A DNA stretch of 30,782 bases from Tepidisphaerales bacterium (GTDB lineage Bacteria > Planctomycetota > Phycisphaerae > Tepidisphaerales > Tepidisphaeraceae). The translations under genes were made by a program, and so were the position numbers. Each line of letters opens with the position of its first letter. Position 1 is the stretch's first letter. Positions 25,903-30,782 of this stretch are shown in pieces. The DNA lies in NCBI GenBank assembly GCA_038317225.1, contig JBBQBE010000040.1:1-30782 (forward strand). The letters are read 5' to 3'. The notes beneath the pieces were generated by a model. It saw nothing but the letters and a program-made list of their open reading frames with translations. It was not told the origin of the DNA and did not search any database.

Positions 25903-27116
25903 ATATCCCCCCCCGGCATTCGACGCCGCACCGACGTGGCCGGCGGCGGCGGCAGGTGTATCGCCCGCGGCGACTGGGTCGACCGCTCAGCCTCAGGCGC
26001 TTGGGTTGCCTGGGTTACAGACTCGGTTGCTTGCTGCCTTGGTGTCGCCTGGGTTACAGGCTCGATCGCCGCGGGCATCGGCGAACCCCGCTGCACCAAC
26101 CTGGCATCGGCCGCGTCCGCCGCATCCACTTCCTCGACAAATATGCGGTCAAGTACCCATCCGACCAGCAAAATCAGGAAAAACGCCGGCATTAGCATAA
26201 TCAGTCCAACAAACTGGTGGGCAAAGCTCTCGGAAAACTGCTGGCTGACATAACGATCCAGCAATCCCTGCCCGGCCACGCGCATCACATTGCATCCAAT
26301 GGCGATGGGGATGGCCGAAAGTGTGATAATGATCTTCTGCCACAACGGACGGACGGACAAAAACGCCACCGCCGCTCCGACGGATATAAAAGTCATCAGC
26401 GAGCGCAGCCCCGCGCATGCCTGGGCGACTTCCAGCGTGCGCATCTGCCCGTCGGCCCCCTCCATGAGGATTTTGGTTCCCTCGTTGCGGGCGATCACGC
26501 CGGTAAAACTCAGCGCCCCCACCGCCACTTTGGCCGCCAGGTGTTGCAGCGGCGAAGCGATCCAGCTATAGACCAGCCCCGGCCAGGGGATGGCGCAAAA
26601 CAAAAAGGCGATGGGGAACCAGGCGATTTTCATCACCTCCCAACCGCACAGCGCCAGCACCACGCCAAACAGCGTTACCACCATGCCGACATCTTTAATG
26701 TAATCGTTGTAGCCGGGAAAAATGCCGTAGGCGAAGATCAGCAGCCCGGTTAGAAGCGCCGCCACTCCGTGCCAGGTCGGTTTGACCTTGGCCGCCAGCA
26801 GCGCCTCGCGGTTGGTATAAAGATAATAAAGCCCGATCAGCGGCACTATCGTGGAGTGGCCCCAGTTCGGTTCCCCGCTCAAAGGGTTGGTTTTGGCCCA
26901 CAAACGCATGAAGCTGAAGCGAAAGGTGGCGGCGAACAAAATCGCCACCAGCAGGATTTTCACCCACGCCAGCAGGCTCAAACCCGCGACGCGACGATGC
27001 TCCAGCGGCAGTGGCTCGACGATATAGCTCAAGGACTGACTCAGAATTAGCTCCCTTTTGCTCGATGGGCCTATCAACCCAAGTGATACGAAGTCCAAGC
27101 GGCCCGGTTCGCTCAT
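25899..27116 (-). CDS. Exosortase (EpsH/Xrt family transpeptidase) with about 70-aa low-complexity Thr/Gln/Ala/Pro C-terminal tail
   Basis: It is a polytopic membrane protein. The N-terminal NWGHSTIVPLIGLYYLYTNREAL corresponds to the YSHGFLIPLxSxYLxW motif. The catalytic-region motifs are EVAQACAGLRSLMTF (Cys, Arg) and AIGCNVMRVAG (N..R). The start is set to the ATG at 27116; the track TTG at 27209 would run into the tandem repeat. Confidence 0.85.
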   Translation of the reverse strand: MSEPGRLDFVSLGLIGPSSKRELILSQSLSYIVEPLPLEHRRVAGLSLLAWVKILLVAILFAATFRFSFMRLWAKTNPLSGEPNWGHSTIVPLIGLYYLYTNREALLAAKVKPTWHGVAALLTGLLIFAYGIFPGYNDYIKDVGMVVTLFGVVLALCGWEVMKIAWFPIAFLFCAIPWPGLVYSWIASPLQHLAAKVAVGALSFTGVIARNEGTKILMEGADGQMRTLEVAQACAGLRSLMTFISVGAAVAFLSVRPLWQKIIITLSAIPIAIGCNVMRVAGQGLLDRYVSQQFSESFAHQFVGLIMLMPAFFLILLVGWVLDRIFVEEVDAADAADARLVQRGSPMPAAIEPVTQATPRQQATESVTQATQAPEAERSTQSPRAIHLPPPPATSVRRRMPGGDI

Positions 27117-27207
27117 CGGGCGGAAAAAGCCCGCCGCCGCTGGTTTGATCGGTTGATCGCCGCCGCCACTGAAGAGCGCTACACTATACAGCACACGTCG
27201 GCAACAC

Positions 27208-27397
27208 AAAAGTTTCGCAAAACCCGCGTCAGTGCCTCGGCCCGGCCGGCACTATTGCCCGCGGCGGCGCTTAACCCCCCGGCCCGGTCAACCGATAGCC
27301 AAAAAGTTGCGCAAAACCCGCGTCAGTGCCTCGGCTCGGCTGGCACTATTGCCCGCGGCAGCGCTTAACCCCCTGGCCCGGTCAACCGATAGCCAAT
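27208..27397. repeat. Two perfect-tandem 95-bp copies (about 94 percent identical) filling most of the divergent exosortase/histidine-kinase intergenic region
   Basis: Copy 1 spans 27208-27302 and copy 2 spans 27303-27397, both starting aaagtt(t/g)cgcaaaacccgcgtcagtgcctcgg. They differ at about 5 positions. Copy 2 contains the palindrome TTGCGCAA, which is mutated to TTTCGCAA in copy 1. Confidence 0.8.
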
Positions 27398-27425
27398 AAA
27401 GAGCCGCAATGTCGGCACGCAACCT

Positions 27426-29108
27426 ATGGCAGCGCCATCGAGCCAACTTGAGGATTATCAAGCGCACCAGCGCTATTGGGAAGCCCAAGCCCCCTTCCTG
27501 CGCAGATGCAGCGCCCGGATGGGTTTGCAAGGCAAGCTGGTTTTCAGCTTCATGGCTTTGCTATTCCTCTCGCTGATCGTCAGTTGCACACTGTTTATCA
27601 CCAAAAGCCAGGATCAATTATCGGGCGTGATCGGCGAACAGGCCCGGCAGATCGCCTATACACTCGCCCTGGCGGGTAAATCGCCGCTGGCCAATGGCGA
27701 TGGCGCGGAACTGACCCACATCGGCCAGGATTTGATCAAAAGCCGCAATATTTTGTATGTGCAGTGGCGCAGCGCCGCGGGCAATACCCTTTCGCTGGCC
27801 AGCCGCGATCCCGATCTGCGGCCCGATAGTACGCCCGGCGCCGAGCAAGATGTGCGCGCTTTGATGCTGGTGCAACAGCGCCGCTCGCCCTTGCTGGGTG
27901 CATATGTGCAGGTAACGGCGCCGGTGCTGCATACCCGCGGCCTCGGTGCCCAGGCCACGGCTGAAAGCTCCACGCAACTGGTCGGCTACGTATCGGTGGC
28001 CATCAGTGAAACCCAGGAACGCGCCCAGATTCGCGCCATCACCTCCTCGGTACTGCTCTGGGGGACGGCGCTGGGCCTGCTCTCTTTGCCACTGGCCTAC
28101 CTGCTGGTACGCCGCATTTTCTTCCCCATCCGCCAGTTAGTAGATGCCACGCAGCGCATCGCCGGCGGCGATCTGGATGCGGCGGTGGCGATCAATCGCC
28201 CTGATCTGATCGGAACACTGGCCCGGTCCTTCAACGACATGGTTCACCGCGTGAAAATGCAGCAGCGTCAGCTTGAACAGACCAACCGCGGCCTGGAAGC
28301 CAGCGTCAAGCAGCGCACCGGTGAACTGGTTCAAGTCAACGAAAAACTATCCGCGGAGATCGCCGAAAAAGATGATTTCATTCGCGCCGTCTCCCACGAT
28401 CTCAATGCCCCGCTGCGCAATATCGCCGGCATGGCCTCCATGCTGCTGCTCAAACACGGGGCGTCGTTTGACGAGGATATCACCCACCGCCTGCAACGCA
28501 TTCAAAAGAACGTGGAGATGGAAAGCGATCTGATCGCCGAGCTATTGGAATTGTCGCGTATCAAAACCCGCCGCCAAAAAATGGAGAACATCGAGACCGC
28601 CGCCTTGGTGGCCGACTTGGCGGATGTATTTGAAAACGACCTGCGGGAAAAAGAAATTGACCTGTCGGTCTTGACGCCGCTGCCGGTGCTGCTGGCGGAA
28701 AAATCGCGAATTCGCCAGGTGTTTCAAAACCTGATCGACAACGCCATCAAGTACATCGGCCCGCCCGTTGCCGGCCGGGCCCGGCGCATCGAGATTGGCT
28801 GCGAGCTGGACACCAATGGCGCGGAGTTTTTTGTGCGCGACAACGGCATGGGAATCGACCCGGAAGATATGGAGAAGATCTTCGTGGTCTTCCGCCGCGG
28901 ACGCAACAGCCTCCAGGGCAATATCGCTGGCAAAGGCGTCGGACTGGCCGGAGTTAAAACCATCGTGCGCATGTACGGCGGGGACATCCGCGTGCAAAGC
29001 ACGCCGGGTGAGGGAAGCTGTTTTTATTTTATCATCGCCGGCCGCCATGTGCCGTCGCTGATGAGTCAATCGCAACATGGGAATTTACTTACGGAGAGTG
29101 TTGTATGA
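27426..29108 (+). CDS. Sensor histidine kinase (2 TM + periplasmic sensor domain, HAMP, HisKA, HATPase_c)
   Basis: ATG at 27426. The TMs are near aa 37-58 and about 205-225. The HAMP region is IRQLVDATQRIAGGDLDAAVAINRPDLIGTLARSFNDMVHRV, the H-box is AVSHDLNAPLRNI, and the N/G boxes are QNLIDNAIKY...DNGMGI...GKGVGLAG. Confidence 0.85.
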   Translation: MAAPSSQLEDYQAHQRYWEAQAPFLRRCSARMGLQGKLVFSFMALLFLSLIVSCTLFITKSQDQLSGVIGEQARQIAYTLALAGKSPLANGDGAELTHIGQDLIKSRNILYVQWRSAAGNTLSLASRDPDLRPDSTPGAEQDVRALMLVQQRRSPLLGAYVQVTAPVLHTRGLGAQATAESSTQLVGYVSVAISETQERAQIRAITSSVLLWGTALGLLSLPLAYLLVRRIFFPIRQLVDATQRIAGGDLDAAVAINRPDLIGTLARSFNDMVHRVKMQQRQLEQTNRGLEASVKQRTGELVQVNEKLSAEIAEKDDFIRAVSHDLNAPLRNIAGMASMLLLKHGASFDEDITHRLQRIQKNVEMESDLIAELLELSRIKTRRQKMENIETAALVADLADVFENDLREKEIDLSVLTPLPVLLAEKSRIRQVFQNLIDNAIKYIGPPVAGRARRIEIGCELDTNGAEFFVRDNGMGIDPEDMEKIFVVFRRGRNSLQGNIAGKGVGLAGVKTIVRMYGGDIRVQSTPGEGSCFYFIIAGRHVPSLMSQSQHGNLLTESVV

Positions 29109-29581
29109 ACTCCGCATTGCTTCCGCGGGGCCAGGCGCCCTTGCATATTTTGCTGGTGGATGATGACCCGGATTGCCGGCTGCTGCTGCGCGATGCGCTG
29201 GAAAGCTGCCAGCCGGCACCGCAAATCAGCGAAGTCTCCAACGGCCTGGAGGCGATGGATTACCTTCAGCGCCGCGGGGAATTTTCCGCCGCCAACCAGC
29301 CGGATTTGATGTACCTGGACCTGGAAATGCCGGGCATGAACGGCCAGGAAGTATTGCGCGCGATCCGTGCGCTGGAAGAGTTTAAGGAATTGCCGGTAGT
29401 GATGATGACCGGCGTGAGCGACGAGGGGCAAATGCGCATGGCGGCACGCAACGGTGCCAATAGCTACACCCTCAAGCCCGCCGACGCCCAGGCGTTTTTA
29501 TCCACGGTGCAGGCCAGCGCCTATTACTGGCTGAGCGTTCACCAGATTCCCGGCCACCAACCCCCGGTTTGCCGGGTGTGA
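29105..29581 (+). CDS. Single-domain CheY-like response regulator
   Basis: The ATG at 29105 overlaps the HK stop (ATGA), indicating translational coupling. ILLVDDDPDCR...DLMYLDLEMPGMNG...VVMMTG...YTLKP is a receiver domain. Confidence 0.85.
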   Translation: MNSALLPRGQAPLHILLVDDDPDCRLLLRDALESCQPAPQISEVSNGLEAMDYLQRRGEFSAANQPDLMYLDLEMPGMNGQEVLRAIRALEEFKELPVVMMTGVSDEGQMRMAARNGANSYTLKPADAQAFLSTVQASAYYWLSVHQIPGHQPPVCRV

Positions 29582-29665
29582 AAACGTATCGTATGTCCCT
29601 TATGGCCGCACTTTTCCCAACGAGGGCAAAGCGGCCGGCCAAGAGCTTACAACGTCGAGGTTGAT

Positions 29666-30643
29666 GTGAACCGCGTGAAACTGCTGATCATCGAAGACGA
29701 TCTGGACCAGCGGGAGCTGATGCGCGAAACCCTGGAACTGCACTTTGGACCAGGCTGCACCCTGGGTGTCGGAACCTGCGCCGAGGCCCTGCGGCAAAAC
29801 TTGGGCGACTTTGACCTGATCCTCACCGATTTTAATCTCCCCGATGGCAGCGGCGTCGAGCTGCTGGAGCAGATCCGCCGCCAGTGCTGCACCCCGGTCA
29901 TCATGGTAACCGGCGAAAACGTCGTGCAGACCGCGGCCAACGCCGTGCGCCAAGGCGCGATCGACTACGTGGTGAAGGTGGGCGATTACCTGTTTACCCT
30001 GCCGCTGGTGGTGGAAAAAAACCTCACCGTCGCCAAGGTCAAGCAGGAAAATGAAAGCCTGCGCCGTGAACTGGAAATCACCCTGCTGGAGCTGCGCGAG
30101 AAAAACGCCCAGCTCGAACATTCCCTGCAAAAAGTGCAGACCATGGCGGCCACCGATCCGCTGACCGAATTGTACAACCGCCGGCATTTCGCCCGCGTGC
30201 TGGAGCAACTGTTCGCCGAAACCCTCCGCTACGATAAAGACCTCGCCTGTGTCATGATCGACCTGGACGGCTACAAGCAACTCAATGACGGATTTGGCCA
30301 CCAGGTGGGCGATCAACTGCTGGTTTTGGCCGGACGCAGCATCCACGCCAACTTGCGACAAATGGACGTGGCGGCACGCTACGGCGGCGACGAATTTGTT
30401 TTGCTGCTCCCCCACGCCTCGGCGCAGGATGCGGCGATTGTCGCCCAGCGCATCCGCGAGGATTATTTCAAGACCAGCGCCGAACTGCTCAAGCGCCCCC
30501 AGGGCGTCTGCATGAGCATGGGCATCGCCTCGGCCGGCCAGAATCACCCGGCCCACGGCGACCAACTGGTGGCCCTGGCCGATGCGGCTTTGTACCAGGC
30601 GAAAGACAGCGGGAAAAACCGCATCGTGCAAGCCGCGCCGTAA
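29666..30643 (+). CDS. Response-regulator diguanylate cyclase (REC + coiled-coil linker + GGDEF with RxxD I-site)
   Basis: GTG start at 29666. The receiver domain is LLIIEDDLDQRE...ILTDFNLPDGSG...VIMVTG. The GGDEF domain contains RYGGDEFVLLLP preceded by the I-site RQMD at the canonical spacing. This is PleD/WspR-like architecture. Confidence 0.9.
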   Translation: MNRVKLLIIEDDLDQRELMRETLELHFGPGCTLGVGTCAEALRQNLGDFDLILTDFNLPDGSGVELLEQIRRQCCTPVIMVTGENVVQTAANAVRQGAIDYVVKVGDYLFTLPLVVEKNLTVAKVKQENESLRRELEITLLELREKNAQLEHSLQKVQTMAATDPLTELYNRRHFARVLEQLFAETLRYDKDLACVMIDLDGYKQLNDGFGHQVGDQLLVLAGRSIHANLRQMDVAARYGGDEFVLLLPHASAQDAAIVAQRIREDYFKTSAELLKRPQGVCMSMGIASAGQNHPAHGDQLVALADAALYQAKDSGKNRIVQAAP

Positions 30644-30712
30644 ACATCAACCAATCGACCTCGCCTCGGCATTTTCCCAGGGGGATCAAGCGGGCCATCC
30701 CATGCCTCTACG

Positions 30713-30748
30713 TGAAAAAAGAGCCGCACTCCCGTGGGAATGCGGCTG
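30713..30748 (-). terminator. Rho-independent terminator (minus strand) downstream of the edge tRNA: 10-bp stem GCCGCATTCC/GGGAGTGCGG with one mismatch, then UCUUUUUUCAC
   Basis: Seen directly: the plus strand reads aaaaaagagccgcactcccgtgggaatgcggctg. The T-run is on the minus strand only. Confidence 0.5.
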
Positions 30749-30753
30749 CAAAT

Positions 30754-30782
30754 TGGAGGCGGGGGGAATTGAACCCCCGTCC
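30754..30782 (-). tRNA. Partial tRNA gene (3' acceptor strand + T-arm only; rest lies beyond the window), identity undetermined
   Basis: The reverse complement of the window end reads GGACGGGGGTTCAATTCCCCCCGCCTCCA. A T-stem GGGGG/CCCCC with T-loop TTCAATT is followed by the 7-nt acceptor strand CGCCTCC and discriminator A; CCA is not encoded. Confidence 0.5.

Noticed and set aside
25240-26753. Plus-strand ORFs 25240-26253 (337 aa), 25772-26200, 26217-26753 opposite epsI/exosortase
   Set aside because: They are antisense to genes with recognisable membrane-protein and catalytic motifs, with His/Arg/Gly-rich junk composition.
27340-27360. TGGCAC in repeat copy 2 resembling a sigma-54 -24 element
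   Set aside because: The nearest TTGC lies only 2 nt downstream (TGGCAC-TA-TTGC) instead of the required about 5-nt spacer giving GG-N10-GC. Copy 1 has CGGCAC. No enhancer-binding-protein gene is present in the window.

Overview
High-GC bacterial chromosomal window from a Gram-negative-type organism (lpxK is present). The gene content would fit Planctomycetota, Verrucomicrobiota or Acidobacteriota, but the phylum cannot be fixed from sequence alone. The left third (0.3-13.6 kb) is mostly housekeeping: a YhaM-like OB-fold/HD exonuclease, rpiB, a TsaC(YrdC)-LMW-phosphatase fusion, a CheY-like regulator, lpxK, a CbpA-like DnaJ, a flotillin-NfeD pair, a metallophosphoesterase and trmL. A short accessory-looking insertion interrupts it: a LexA-like winged-helix protein plus an HNH_2-family nuclease sit next to the 3' end of a tRNA-Gly(CCC) gene, which is flanked on its other side by a 71-bp tandem minisatellite. 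The right half (13.6-30.6 kb) is one large surface-polysaccharide locus of the exosortase/PEP-CTERM type, all on the minus strand: exosortase (EpsH/Xrt-like) -> EpsI -> 1537-aa membrane-anchored TPR protein -> two tandem full-length Wzc-like BY-kinase/co-polymerase paralogs -> a small Arg-rich hypothetical protein -> a hotdog dehydratase - extended ACP - hotdog dehydratase cassette. A histidine kinase - CheY-like RR - REC-GGDEF diguanylate cyclase operon is transcribed divergently from the exosortase across an intergenic region that holds a 95-bp perfect-tandem duplication. Several ORF-track starts are upstream TTG extensions; I re-set them to the first plausible ATG where the sequence supports it. 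Many long antisense ORFs (Gly/Ala/Arg-rich) are typical high-GC artefacts and are rejected. A truncated tRNA and its terminator sit at the right window edge. I found no CRISPR array, no transposase and no intact integrase.
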